Source: Eledone cirrhosa
Taxonomy: Eukaryota
Assembly (NCBI GenBank): GCA_964016885.1
Contig: OZ024740.1
Span: 181,908,001 to 181,972,000 of the forward strand
Length of the DNA: 64,000 nucleotides
Reading direction: 5' to 3'
Shown: piece after piece, positions 27,019 to 40,364 of the stretch
Layout of the letters: every line of letters begins with the position of its first letter
How positions within the stretch are numbered: position 1 is the stretch's first letter
Notes under the pieces: generated by a model
The model's input: only the letters and a program-made list of their open reading frames with translations
The model's database searches: none
What the model was told of the DNA's origin: nothing
Program-made: the position numbers and the translations under genes

Positions 27019-29010
27019 GGATGCTGACTCTACTGAATACTGGGTTGGTTTCATTGTTTTATTTTTCATTTTAAAATTTTTCTTGAAGCACATTACAGAT
27101 ATTAGTATCTGTTAGGTTTTTTTTACTTGTTTCTGTTAGGTTTTGTATGCTAAAATATATGTAAACCAATGATAGCCATAAAAATGGTGATAATACTGAT
27201 GATTGTGTCCCCAACAAAGCAAATAGTAAGCTAAAAATGTTGAATCAATGGCTTAAGTTTCAAGTTATTATCTTGTGTGGCTGCATTTTTGTTTTCTTTA
27301 GAGCTTTTGCTTCTCAATCTAAAGACAAGTTTCCATAAAGGAAAACTGATAAAATCAAACAAAAAACATCCAATTAATCAAACAAAAATAAATAAAATAT
27401 GATCAAATTGCTAATGTTTCCTTTTAAAATAGATAAATGAGATTTAATAGCCAAAGGCTTCAATAATTTAATATCCATGAAATATTTCCTTAACACCACT
27501 GATAGATTTACATCAATGCAATTAACCTATTAGTTGAAACCACCTTCAAGGTACTAATTATTTTTTCAACCAATTCTTTGTTTTTTTTTAAAAATACATC
27601 TGTACTCTCTCAATCATTGTATTTTTATTGTTATTAATTTTCTTCAGTTTTATACGATTTTCATTTCAATACTAAATGGGGTGAAGGATCACTCATTCAT
27701 TTTTGTGTGTTAATTTTCATTCCAATTTAAATTTCCTCAATAAGGTTGTTGGATTGGCAGGCAGAATTGATTGTATCAGACAAAATGCCTGACAATATTT
27801 ACATTTGGATTTCAAATCTTATTGAGGTCAACTTTGCATTGCTTTTCATCTTTAAAGACTGAAAAAATAAAACACCAGTTAAGTACTGGGTTAAGTGTAA
27901 TTGAATATACCCTCCCCACAAACATGCGTAGCCTTGCTCTAATATCAATATTAAATGGATACTTTTACATTCTCAATTCATATCCTGTTGAGGTTGTCTC
28001 TGATTTTCATACTTTTAAGGTCATTTGAGAAACATTTTTGGTTTGAGGATACATTCTTCCATCCTTCTAACTAAACTATAAAAAAAAGAAAATATATCAA
28101 ACATAATGAGGTGTCCTTCAGTAAAGTATCTGCACCTAGAAATAACTCTAATTTTGTACATATGATGTTACATTACAATCTTAATTAAATTGCTACAATG
28201 AGAGTTGAGAACTCAGCCAAACTAAAGTAAACTTGTTCTTGATTCATAATAAATCATTTTATTCTCTTGTTGAAATATCTGGAATTAAGTTAGTGGTGGA
28301 TGAGAAGAAGTGTTACAAGTGTTGGATAAAATGCTTTGCTTTATTTATTCCAGTTTTTTATGTTCTGATTTTAAATCCTGCTAGGATCAATAAAACAAAA
28401 TACCAGTAAAATTCTGAGCTCAATATAACCTCCCTCACAGCATTGAGATTCCTCTCCCCATAAATTGCTGACCTTGTGCTTAAATTGGAAATCATTATGT
28501 GCATATGAGTGAGCATGGTCACAAACAATTTAACTAATTAAAATTAAGGTCACAGGATGCTGGGTGTCATGGATCAGATGAAGCAAGTCTATAGTGAGTA
28601 GTGATGTGCCATACTGCAAATCAAACTCATGTCAGCATGAAATATTAAATTATCACCATTTTACATCTATGTTCCATGCTGGCATGAGCTAGACAGCTGG
28701 CATTCAGACAAGGCATTACTTCCCCAACCCATATGATAGCAAGGGCTCTTCAGTTATGTCAAATGAACAAAAACCTCATCAGCGATGCACCCAGGACATT
28801 TTGTAAAATGGTTAGCCATAGAGACTATCCCAAAAAATTTTCGGAGAAATTTTAGTTTCATCATGGACACAACAACGCTCTAGTGGAGGCGCCATGATAA
28901 AATACCCAGTGCACTCTGTGAAGCATTTTGTATTAAAAAAATGCAGCCAGTCATAGAAAGCATGAAAAAGCCAGGGAGAATATTTCAGCTGTTCACAGAT
29001 TGACTTTTTT

Positions 29011-29061
29011 AGTTTCAGAAGATCCCGTTAAGGGTGAAAGCAGCGATTCTTTGCTTAAACT
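29011..29061 (+). ncRNA. HHR-like motif with CAGAAGA core (family also at 40913-40963 minus; fragment 53798-53835)
   Basis: agttt CAGAAGA t ccc gttaa ggg t GAAA gca gcgattctt tgc TT aaact. Confidence 0.6.
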
Positions 29062-29077
29062 TTAATCTGTTATTTTA

Positions 29078-29150
<73 letters not shown>

Positions 29151-29155
<5 letters not shown>

Positions 29156-30195
29156 ATGAATTAACGGAGGCATAGGCCGTCGTTATTCCCTGTAAATAAT
29201 GTGCTCAAAGGAGAAGAGATCCTGAGCTCTTTAAAATACAATATGTTGAGAAGGTAACACACCAGAGAGAGATATATAGTGCGTTATCAATAATACAGGG
29301 GAAAAAACCACCAGTGTATGGAATCTATAACCTATGAAAGGCAGACTATAGACACGATAAATAAAAATATAAATTAAAGCGTAAATAAATACCTTTATAA
29401 CTATATAACACACGTACAAATCCAAAGATATGTTTCACCAAACAAATCCAAAGATATGTGAAACATATCTTTGGATTTGTACGTGTGTTATATAGTTATA
29501 AAGGTATTTATTTACGCTTTAATTTATATTTTTAATTATCGTGTCTATAGTCTGCCTTTCATAGGTTATAGATTCCATACACTGGTGGTTTTTTCCCCTG
29601 TATTATTGATAACGCACTATATATCTCTCTCTGGTGTGTTACCTTCTCAACATATTGTATTTTAAAGAGCTCAGGATCTCTTCTCCTTTGAGCACATTAT
29701 TTACAGGGAATAACAACGGCCTATGCCTCCGTTAATTTATCGTGATATTTCACTCCTAATAACAGTCGATCCTATCACCGTTTGGTTGAGCACACTTCTC
29801 TGAGTGGCTTTGGGCTGCCCTTTCTAGCAGCTCGTCTCTCAGAGGCCACTGGTTCACTGCCCCTAAACACGCTGTGACTTCTCTCTCCCACGTGTAGCTG
29901 GACAGTCAATTGTAAAATCCTCTTAGTGTTGTCTGAAATGTATGGCCTTACACAAGCTGATGAACCGAGACTAGACCATTTCTTTCAACAAAAAATGTTT
30001 TGGTGAAACATATCTTTGGATTTGTACGTGTGTTATATAGTTATAGAGGTATTTATTTACGCTTTAATTTATATTTTTAATTATCGTGTCTATAGTCTGC
30101 CTTTTATAGGTTATAGATTCCATACACTGGTGTTTTTTTCCCTGTATTATTGATAACGCACTATATATCTCTCTCTGGTGTGTTACCTTCTCAAC

Positions 30196-30200
<5 letters not shown>
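29151..30200. mobile_element. Non-coding HHR element in (TA)n: inverted arm (29151-29441) plus a 545-bp unit with a ~198-bp direct repeat
   Basis: 29458-29656 is approximately 30003-30200. 29151-29441 is the reverse complement of ~29458-29747. Confidence 0.85.
29950..30033 (+). ncRNA. Type I HHR
   Basis: acacaag CTGATGA accgagac...gttttggt GAAA catatc tttg gatttg TA cgtgtgt. Confidence 0.75.
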
Positions 30201-30237
<37 letters not shown>

Positions 30238-30244
<7 letters not shown>

Positions 30245-30596
30245 AAGTTAAATAAAAGTCAAATGATTAAAATTTAGCTTCGTTTATTACTGCTATATAT
30301 ATTTCAGTGACAGCCATCTTTGGCTGTGACCTCTTCAGGCAGTTTGAATTAGTATGGTATAGACATATGTACTTGTCTATACCATACTAATTCAAACTGC
30401 CTGAAGAGGTCACAGCCAAAGATGGCTGTCACTGAAATATATATAGCAGTAATAAACGAAGCTAAATTTTAATCATTTGACTTTTATTTAACTTTATTTT
30501 ACACTACTCCGGAGTAACCAAACCAACCTGCGCACTTTGTCGGGTGCTCCAGCCTGCATACTGAGGTGTTGGTATACAACCAACATAAACTCAAAA

Positions 30597-30600
<4 letters not shown>
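30238..30600. mobile_element. Head-to-head pLTR palindrome in (TA)n with two HHRs (30289-30343 minus, 30396-30450 plus)
   Basis: ~125-bp perfect inverted arms around ~30370; actgc CTGAAGA ggtcacagcc aaagat ggctgtcact GAAA tatata TA gcagt. Confidence 0.85.
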
Positions 30601-30654
<54 letters not shown>

Positions 30655-30655
<1 letters not shown>

Positions 30656-31210
30656 GTTATTCCGGGTTGAATCGGAGGTAACCACAGTAAGTAAGGTACT
30701 CAATACATAGCAGAGTATAAAAGTTTTAATATAGATGAGATTCTACAAGACTAGAACTGTTTCATTCTTTAGAAATCATCAGGAATCTGGGTATCAAAAA
30801 ATAAATATGGTATTTATAGGCCTCTTCAGGTGGTAGGATAGGGTAGGGAGGCGGATGGTTAGAGGACATTGGTTGATAGAAAAGGGAATTCATTAAAAGC
30901 TAATTCTATAAAGCTATAATTTATATTTAGAGTAACAAAGGCAGAAATAATTCTATAAACAAGTTCAGAATGGGTGCCACTCCTTATTTTTAAGTTTCTC
31001 TTAAGCTAACCATGCCTATATTTCAGGTGTTTATAAGATCGTTGGGGGTCAGTCATGGTTGATGGATTTAAAGAATAGGGAAATTCTTTAAAAGCTAATT
31101 CTTTAAGGTTCTACTTAGAGTGACAAAGGGCTAGAGAATTCTATAGACCAGTTCAAAATATTGAGTGCCTATCATACCATTATCTTCAAGTTTCTCTTAA
31201 GCTATATTCC
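30655..31210 (-). mobile_element. PLE-type pLTR/3' end with HHR at 30738-30788 (same family at 32770-32943 plus, HHR 32876-32926)
   Basis: agattc CTGATGA tttc taaa gaat GAAA cag ttctagtc (c/t)tg TA gaatct; ends in (TA)n. Confidence 0.75.
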
Positions 31211-31319
31211 AAATGTCAACAGACATACTTCACAAAAACATACACTCAAACACACACACGCCCCCCCCCCCCCCACACATACATATATATATATAAATAT
31301 ATATACACACATATATATA

Positions 31320-31512
31320 TATCATCATCATCATCATCATCATCAACGTTTAACGTCCGTGTTCCACGCTTGCATGGGTTTGGACGGGGGTAGTCCCACT
31401 TGAGGCAAGAGTGATTGTCTTGCTCGCATAGGACTGTCTGGCAGGTTTTCTACAGTTGGATGCCCTTCCTAACACCAACCACATTTACAGTGTGGGTCTG
31501 GGAGGTTTTTAC
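31320..31512 (-). mobile_element. SINE family A-related tail with (ATG)n end
   Basis: Matches 47620-47820 in reverse orientation. Confidence 0.7.
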
Positions 31513-31590
31513 CGTGTTGCCTACACGGCCATGTATATATATATATACATGTACACATACACACATATACACACACATATATACACATAT

Positions 31591-31673
<83 letters not shown>

Positions 31674-31760
31674 TATTAAGATAAGCAGAACAAGTAAAAT
31701 TCAATCAATTTTTTAAAATACATTAAAAAATATAATATAAATATTTACCTCTCCTAGTGG

Positions 31761-31839
31761 CCCTTACTAATCAGTTTCGCTTTGTAAAACCTCATAAATC
31801 CGATGGATTTTTGATTGAAAACCAAAGCTCATCAGAGAA
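31761..31839 (-). ncRNA. Type I HHR with long stem II
   Basis: ttct CTGATGA gctttg...caaagc GAAA ctgattag TA aggg. Confidence 0.7.
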
Positions 31840-32042
31840 GCATTTTCCTTTCCTAGGGCTAAACGTCCCAGGAACGACAAAATATATAACCTCCTGCCAG
31901 CAAATAAAGGTCTGAAAGGTCGTAAAAGTGACCCGTATGTAAACTGGACCGAAGTAAAAGTGGGAAAATCAAAGACTTGCTGTCTACAATTACTACTAAA
32001 ATATATATGTATATGTGTGTATGCATGTACACATGTGTGTGC

Positions 32043-32077
<35 letters not shown>

Positions 32078-32081
<4 letters not shown>

Positions 32082-32402
32082 CCTTGCAATCGAAAGGTTG
32101 TGAGTTCAATTCTCAGACCGGGTGATGTGGTGGTTCTTTGAGCAAGACACTTTATTTCACATTGCTCCAGTTTACTCACCTGTAGAAATGAGATGATAGG
32201 GACCCATCCAGTCGTGGAGGTGCCACGGAAAAAAAAAAGCACCCAGCCCACCCTGTAAAGTGGACGTGTAGACGCCAAGGGAAAAAAAGTACCCTGCACT
32301 CACTGTAAATGAGGTTGGTGTTAGGAAGGGCATCCAGCTGTAGAAATCAAGCCAGAATCAGTTCCCGTCCCACCCTTGCAAGCAGGGAAAAGTGGATGTA
32401 AA

Positions 32403-32436
<34 letters not shown>
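32078..32436 (+). mobile_element. SINE family A with (GAT)n tail
   Basis: B box gagttcaattc; tail cccacccttgcaagcagggaaaagtggatgtaaaatgatgatg. Confidence 0.85.
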
Positions 32437-32437
<1 letters not shown>

Positions 32438-32469
32438 ATATATATAGATATACACATACATACACACAT

Positions 32470-32522
<53 letters not shown>

Positions 32523-32664
32523 TGCACACATACATATACATACATACACACTAACATATATACACACATATTAACACATATATACACATATACACGTATG
32601 CATATATACATATGTATATATATATATATGTATATACGCTTACATATATATCTATATACACGTA

Positions 32665-32710
<46 letters not shown>

Positions 32711-32961
32711 CTTATATATATATCTATATGTGTATATATACATATATATATATACAAACACAGACATACACACAGTTTCTTTAGGGACCACCAGATGACC
32801 TCTACCCATCCCACTCCCTACCCTCTCCAACCACCCGAAGAGGCCTATAAATACCATATTTATTTTTTGATACCCAGATTCCTGATGATTTCTAAAGAAT
32901 GAAACAGTTCTAGTCCTGTAGAATCTCATCTATATTAAAACTATATATATATATGTATATA

Positions 32962-33029
<68 letters not shown>

Positions 33030-33032
<3 letters not shown>

Positions 33033-35045
33033 CATCATCATCATCATTTTACATCCGCTCTTTCCTGCTTGCAAGGGTGGGACGGGTCTTATTCAGCACA
33101 GCATCTCTCCACTTGTCACAATCCGTGCGTCATCTCCACCGTGAGCTTCAGCGATCTGAGGTCTGTTCTCACCGCCCATGTTTTTCGTGGTCTACCTCTA
33201 CCACATCTTCCTTCAACTGGCATTTCCCGGCACTTCTTTACCCATCGGTCATGCTCCATCCACATCACATGTCCTTACCACCTCAGTCTCCTCTCCCGTA
33301 CACTAAATTCTATCCCTCTCAGACACATTTTCTCTCTCAACACATTCACGCTGGGTCGTTCACATACATTGACATTGCACATCCAATGGAGCATGCTTGC
33401 CTCATTTCTCTCCAACTGTCGCATATCCTCTGCAGTTGCTGCCCATGTCTCACTACCATGCAACATCGCGCTTCTCACACAGGCATCATATAACCGGCCT
33501 TTCATACGGAGGGAGAAACCCTTCTTCGTCAGCAGAGGAAGCAGCTCCCTAAACTTCTTCCAACCCGTCCTTATTCTAGACACTATGGCCTTGGAACACC
33601 ACCACCATGCTAATCTGATCTCCTAGGTACCGAAAGCTATCCACCACTTCTATAGCACCCGCCTGCATTTGAAAAATGTGTCTATCAATGCGACTTCTAC
33701 TGTCTAATTTCCCTGTACATCTACTACATACATATTTCTCCCTACCTGTTAGTTTGCCTGCTATCCCACTACATCTCTTGTGTACCCAGGATCTGCATTA
33801 TGTGCATTTTATAGAATTTATGCCAGTTCCTTTTCTGCATATCGAACATGGCCATTTCCCTGACGGAATCAGAGTTTTGTCCTCTTTTCTACTCATCAAC
33901 ACTTTTGTCTTAACTAGGTTCACTCTCAGTCCTCTTGTTGCCAACTGCTGTTTCCATGGCCAGAATTTATTCTCTAGCTCCTCTACTGATTCTGCTATAA
34001 GAACCAGATCGTCAGCATAGAGAAGTTCCCATGGACAGCCAGTCTTAAACTCCTCTGCTATGGCTTGGAGGACTATAATGAACAAGAGCGGGCTGAGGAC
34101 CGAACCTTGATGTACTCCTACTTGTATCTGGAATTCCTCACTAAACTCCATTCCTACTCTGACTTTACTGACAGTACCTCTGTACAAAGTTTGCACTGTC
34201 CTCACAAGCCATTCCTCAACACCTAGTATCCTTAGGGCCACCAGATGACAGATCGGGGTACCCTATCAAAAGCCTTCTCTAGGTCAACAAAGGCTAAGTA
34301 TAGTGGCTTATTTTTCTCTAAGAACCTCTCTTGCAATTGTCTCACCAAGAAGAGGGCATCTGTTGTACTCTTGCCAGGCACAAAACCAAACTGCATCTCA
34401 TCTAGTCTGACCCTTTCTCTAATTAGTTGTGCTAATATCCTTTCTTCCACTTTCATAACCTGATCCATCATAATGATCTATAATTGCTCCTCTCCAGAGC
34501 ATTCCCTTTACCTTTGTAGCAATTTATGAGAATACTGCTGCACCAGTCTTTGGGTATGACACCACCATATATAGTATGATTGATGATGCGTGCAACCAGC
34601 TTAGTGCCTACGTCCCCTGATGCCTTCAGCATCTCAGCAACTATTCCCGATGGTCCAGCAGGCTTACCATTTTTCATTTTCTTAATCGCCTCTTGGAACC
34701 TATATTCGTCAATCTCAATAGCTGGTCCCTCTGTCGGATCTACTGAGGGTAATTTCTCTCTTTCCTATTCGTTCTCCACATTCATCAGTCTCTCATGATG
34801 ACATTTCCAGGCCTCCTTTTTCTTATCATTCGTGACACTAAGTACACCGGCATCGTTCTGGACACATTTATTTCCCAAAACATCCTGATTTGCATTGACA
34901 CACTGCCTTGCAATGTGGAACACAGCACGCCTCATCTTCCCTTCGCAGAACATTGGTAAATCTCCTACTCTCAGCGTCCCTGCGTGCTAAGTACACCTGA
35001 CGTCTAGATTCTCTCTTAGTGGCTGTATATTCTTTCCTACTCCCT
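33030..35045 (-). pseudogene. 5'-truncated RTE-clade LINE (RT with Cys-rich PHD-like insert), frameshifted
   Basis: GPSGIVAEMLKA, QFGFVPGKSTTDA, FVDLEKAFDRVPR, GVHQGSVLSPLLF, LLYADDLVL, WPCSICRKG..C..C..WVHKRC, MLHGSETW; (GAT)n tail. Confidence 0.92.
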
Positions 35046-35382
35046 ATATATATATATATACACACATAGATGTGTATATATATATATATTGTAATAATAA
35101 TAATAATAATATTAATAATAATTATAATAATGCTTTCTTTATTAACCATAAGGGTTTACATAAAGTAGACATTAAGGACAGTACATGACAATACAGGACG
35201 GTACAAATGGGCATTTCTGCATGTTAATAACAAAAGTAGAGGATGTAACAAAAAAATAACAGTGAAAAATTCCCCAATACGTGAGTGATTTCCGAGGGAT
35301 ATTCGTGGAGAAAGCCCAGTAAAAAGCCACAGTAACCCTAACCACCAGGGCAAATAACCTCTCCCAGTTTTCGACCTTTAAT

Positions 35383-38300
35383 TTACAGACACATACACAG
35401 AGTAGGCCCATTCACTCGGGCCATTCTTGCCTCTCTCACCCATCTTTCAACAAAATGCTGGGAAGAGAGCACTTCCCTCTCTACCCTGATTTTCCTTTTC
35501 AAATGAAATTTGAAAAAGTTAATCAGGGCCTCACCGAAGAGGTAAGTGCTCATCTTCAGCCCTTTCAAACGTGTCCGCCATACTATCTCTTTCGCCATGG
35601 CCACCAGACAGATAAAAACTGCCTGCCCTTCCGGACATGCCTGCACGCATCTCGGACATGCCCGGCTGACGGCACATCCATGCCTGTAGAGTTTATCCCG
35701 AACTGGCAAAACTCCTCGGTAGTACTGCCAGGCCAGGGATTTCTGGAAGATGTCCATAGGCCCCGTCACGAAAGTTCTTCCGAAGAGATTGGCTAGTTGA
35801 TTTTGGTCGACGACTAGAGTTTCCCCAAGTACGTCGTCGCTATCCCCTCCACTAATTCTCTATAGAACGCCAAGGTGGAGTTTCCACCGATCACATTTCC
35901 CGATTGGTCGAGGGCTGTGAGCGCCTGAAGACATTCCCGTCTCCAAGCGCTCCCTCTCGGTCTTCGCTTGACCCGGGACTGCAGCTCCGTCAAGGAGACG
36001 AGATGGGGAAAGGCGCGTCTAGCAAACGGCGCCCGCACCTGATCACCGTCGAGGAAGAGGTGGAGATGTCGTAGCCTGAGCGCGTGTCTGCGCATCATCT
36101 GCCACAGCATGCCCAGCCCTCCACGTAGCGGGTGTTGACAGCAGATAGACAACCATCGGAGCACGTCCCTTCCACAAAAAGCGAAAGAGCAAACGCTCCA
36201 GCACAGTCAGGCGGGGCTTAGGACAAGGGACGACGGTCAGGCGGTAGTAGATGACGGACGTGATGTACGCGTTAGCCACCTCCGTTCGATCTTTGAGGGA
36301 TAGCTTCCTCTCCGCCCATTTCTGGGTGAGAGAAGCCACCCTGCTCGTCACCTCGTCCCAGTTTTTGTCCGTCTGGAAATCCGGCCCGAACCAGATCCCT
36401 AGCAATTTACCGGTCCACCCGTCCAGCTTCCGACGACGCTGTTGGACGGCATGAACCTGCCTCTCCAGGTGCCGCGCTGCAGGCCCACTGACTTTTCCTG
36501 GTTGATCATTGCTCCTGTCACAGCTTCGTATTCTCTTAGTGTTGTGCCGATCGGCTCGATGTGTTTGGCGTTCGACACCACTACGGTGACATAGTCCACA
36601 TATGCTGACACGGATCATCCGCAACGTCTCCAGTTTGTGCAGTAATGTCTCGAGAGTCAATACGTACAAGAGGGACGAGAGGGGACATCCTTGTCGGACC
36701 GAGCGCATGATGATGAACGGTTCCGAAAGGTGAGCGATCACCCTGCACCACAGACCATATGTCGCTATGGCAGCGATCCAGCCTCTGAAGACGGGCGCAA
36801 AGCCAGTCACCCTCAGGACTGCCGCTAGGTAACGATGGTTGACCCTATCGTAAGCTTTCGACTGATCTTTATTGATCAAGGACCGACCCGTGCCAAGTTC
36901 CTTAGCTACCCTCTCCACGATGTATCGCATGAGGTGGAGGTTGTTGTGGATGGATCTACCGGGAATGGTGCACCAGACCACAAACGACAAGCGCCAACCT
37001 CTTTGCTAGCACCTTGGCAAAAATCATGAACTCTGTGTTTAGCAGTGTTATGGGCCTGAACATATCTATGTTATCCCCCTTGTTTGGATCCTTTATCAGC
37101 AGTGCCACAGCTCCTCGGCTCACAGAGCTGGAAATTCTCCCGTTCTGTTGCCAGTTGCAGTAGACGACCGCCAAGAGGCCTCCGAACAAGTCTGGCATCT
37201 GTACGTAAAGTTCATAGCGCAGACCATCCAAACCAGGCGATTTACCCCTTGTGCAGCCAGTCATTGCATCCCGTACTTCAGCGGCTGTTATCGGATTTTC
37301 GCAAAACTCCGCCTCAGTGGCCGAGAGCAGCGGCAGTCCGTCGAGGTAGACACTAAAGACCATCCCTCGATCCGGCCCGCCGCTGCCCCCGAACAGCTGA
37401 GCGAAGTGTCGTTGAAAAGCTTCACACATTTGCCCATGATCGAGTAGCATGCGCCCGACGTGGTCCACCAAAGACCGGATCGTGGCTTTGTTGCCACAAC
37501 GCGCCACCGCCACTAGGGCCCATTGAACGGCTTTCGTCCTCTCGTGTCTGAGAGCACGCACCCTAGCTCTGATAACGCAGCCTTCGTGCTTTGCATTGAA
37601 GAATTGGTCAAGGGCCAATTTCGCCGCACGTATGTCGGTCGCGTTGCCTTTGCTAAGCGCCTCGTCTAATTTTCTAACTAGTTCTCCCTCTGCTCTATTT
37701 TTCTCTATTGCTAAAGCCTTAAACCTAATTGACTCTATTCTAATCGCTCTTTTCAGAGCAAACTACCACTTGTTGTTGACGATGGCCCCCGTCAACGCCT
37801 GCTTAACTAGTTCCCTAACCCGTTCTCTGTAGGCCTTGCGCGCTGGTAAGGACGTGTTTAGCTTCCAGTAGCCGGGTGCTCGTCTATGAAGCCTAACTAA
37901 TTCAAGCACACAGATCATGAATTTGTGGTCCGTGTAGCTGACTATCTTGAATTGTGGACAGCCTATGCTAGATCTATCTATTTCCCTACAAAAACTCTAT
38001 CTAGATATAATCTGGATGACCCTATGCGGTTTGTCCAAGTCCAGATTGGCACATTCGGGAAATCCAATCGGTACCTGTCAGACAGTTCCAAACGCCTGAG
38101 CAGGTTGGTCTCCGCTGGTCACGTCCAGCACCACCAAATTACCGTCTGGGTCCAGGAAGATGGCCCGTATGGCGAGGTCCAAACCTCTCCGAGAAAGCAC
38201 AGAAACTCCTCCCCCCGATCCCGGACGGCTGGGAGATGCGTACACATCGTACGCCGAAGATCGGTGCGAAGGCCCGTGCTTCAGAGATTCTGGTCTCGCT

Positions 38301-38402
38301 GATGGCCACTACATCTATGTTTAGTGACATGATGTCGTTGAGCAGGTGACCCTGCTTCCATGACGACCCCAAGCCATGCGCATTTATTCCGAGTGAGGTC
38401 AT
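35383..38402 (-). pseudogene. Tx1-like ORF2 (APE endonuclease + RT), multiple frameshifts
   Basis: MTSLGINAHGL..ISET, KSPGLDG, FRPITLLNTE, IPGRSIHNN, DQSKAYDRVNH, VRQGCPLS, AYVDY (decayed YADD), CPRC. Confidence 0.88.
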
Positions 38403-39075
38403 GTTGAAATGGAGTGGAAAAGATGTGAAAGAACACTTACCTTACTTCTCGTAGAGGAAGGATGGTTTCTCCATCCCTTTTCACTTGATCGTCTGGTGAA
38501 GGGACCGTTGATCGTCCATTCGGCTGGTCGTCGGCTTTTCTGTGAGTATATCCGAATATACTCTCCGGTTGAGTGTCCCTCCTAGGTCTCTGAAATCACC
38601 AACAGCGTTGGGGAATTTCGTTTTAATGATTGTGTATTGTTTCTGTGCTATTCTTACCAGTCTTATGTTCGTTGGTGTTTTGATTGGTGCTGGTATTATG
38701 TAGTCGTGCTTTGAAATTATCTGTGTGTTCAATTATGTAAGTCATTAGTTTTTTGTTGTGTGTATTTATTGCTATGCATTTGTTTTTCTGAGGGTGGGGT
38801 GTGGTTCTGGTATTTTCTTGTCGTTGTTGCTGAGGGTGTGTGTTTTGTTGTTGTGTTTGCGATGTTGGTGCTTGTGGTGTTGAAGGTGCTGTTGTTGTTT
38901 GCGGTGGGGTTGCCGCCGGTGGTGATGGTGGTGCTAGTGTGGGTGGTGATGGTGTTGGTGGTGTTGCGGCTGTAAGTCTCTTTACAGTAGCCTTTACCTT
39001 TTTTTCATTTCTTTCATCCCTTTTCGAAGGCGACGATGCGCTGCTTCTGCGTTTGTGCCTTCTTGCGACCTTTTG

Positions 39076-40047
39076 CTATCCCTCTCCCTCCTCACACTCC
39101 ATGTCCGATTCTGTGAGGTCGAGGAGGGGTACCAGCTCCACTCTTTCACTTGTTGTTGTTGATGATGTTTTCAGTGGAGTCTCTGTTGCAGCTGCAGTTG
39201 GTATTACTGTTGTTGTTGTTAATACTTCCACTGCTGCTGCTGTTCTTGATTCACGTGGCGTTGATATGGGTGCCACGGACCTATCCTTCCTGCTTGCCGC
39301 CTGTCCTGTTGCTGGTGGCAGTGGAGCCGGTTTCGGAAGGAGGGTTTTTTTTCCCTTTCTCAGGGTCTTCTCATTGCAGAAGGCCCTGAGGTGAGTCTTC
39401 GATCCACAGCGAAAGCATTTCGGGCGTTTGCCCTCAACACTTAAGTGCAATTGAATACCGTTATCGAAGTCTATCACATCCGGGATAGCTTCGATGCACT
39501 CCTGGTTGGTTTGGATTAACATCTCAATGGAGGTGCCGACCCAATCTTCTCGTACTTTTTTCTGTACTTGCAGTACAGTTGTTTTGTCCTCGATTCCGAC
39601 GATGACAGACGCGGCCAGCCAAGAAGGGGCCATTCCGTGAGGACGTGGGTCAGTTTGATCCTCACAATTTTTTGCCCGGATTACGAGGGCACCAACACCA
39701 TTTCCTTGCTCCTTAGGGTCACTAAGGATTGAGCCTTTGCCTCATGGGGGTGGCAAATAGCACGTCCAAGGTGGCATATTTCTTGCCTCGGGTGATATGC
39801 GTTTTCCGCTGCCACAGACCCTAAGGCTTTTTGTATTTGAGCCTCTGTGGCTCTTTCAACCCTACGTGATTTTGTGCTTACTGTACGGTACGTGACCGTA
39901 CAGTGCTGTTGGGTTTCGAAAAATGTGTCGGCTGCCTTGCAGATTGCTCGGTGTCCGGTTTTCATCACCATCTTCTTTGCTTCCTGTAATTCCTCATTTG
40001 TTATGAGGTTCTTTGCGATACCTGAAAACGCGATTGGTTTTTCTTTC

Positions 40048-40081
<34 letters not shown>

Positions 40082-40138
40082 CAGAGCTGCTGTTACTTTT
40101 GTTGTTGCTGCTGGTACTACGACCTCCGCCGCCGCTTT

Positions 40139-40176
<38 letters not shown>

Positions 40177-40364
40177 TTTATGCTGCTGCTGATGTTGTTG
40201 CGGCTGCTACTAGTGTTTTCCTTGTCACTGTTGTTGCTGCTGCTGTTATTACGGCTGCTACTGCTATTCTTCATGACGTCAGACGAATGAAATGGCTTTC
40301 CGTATTTACCGCACACATTTTTCTTCGTTGTCGTCGTCGTGGAGAAATGTTCCACGGTATGCAC
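39076..40364 (-). pseudogene. Tx1-like ORF1 (nucleic-acid binding, zinc knuckle), frameshifted
   Basis: CFRCGSKTHLRAFC (CX2CX4HX4C); N-terminal poly-Asn/Ser region encoded by (AAC)/(AGC) repeats. Confidence 0.8.

Noticed and set aside
31415-32929. [12 protein letters not shown]-rich ORFs here and throughout the window
   Set aside because: They are translations of (TA)n, (TG)n and (CA)n microsatellites.
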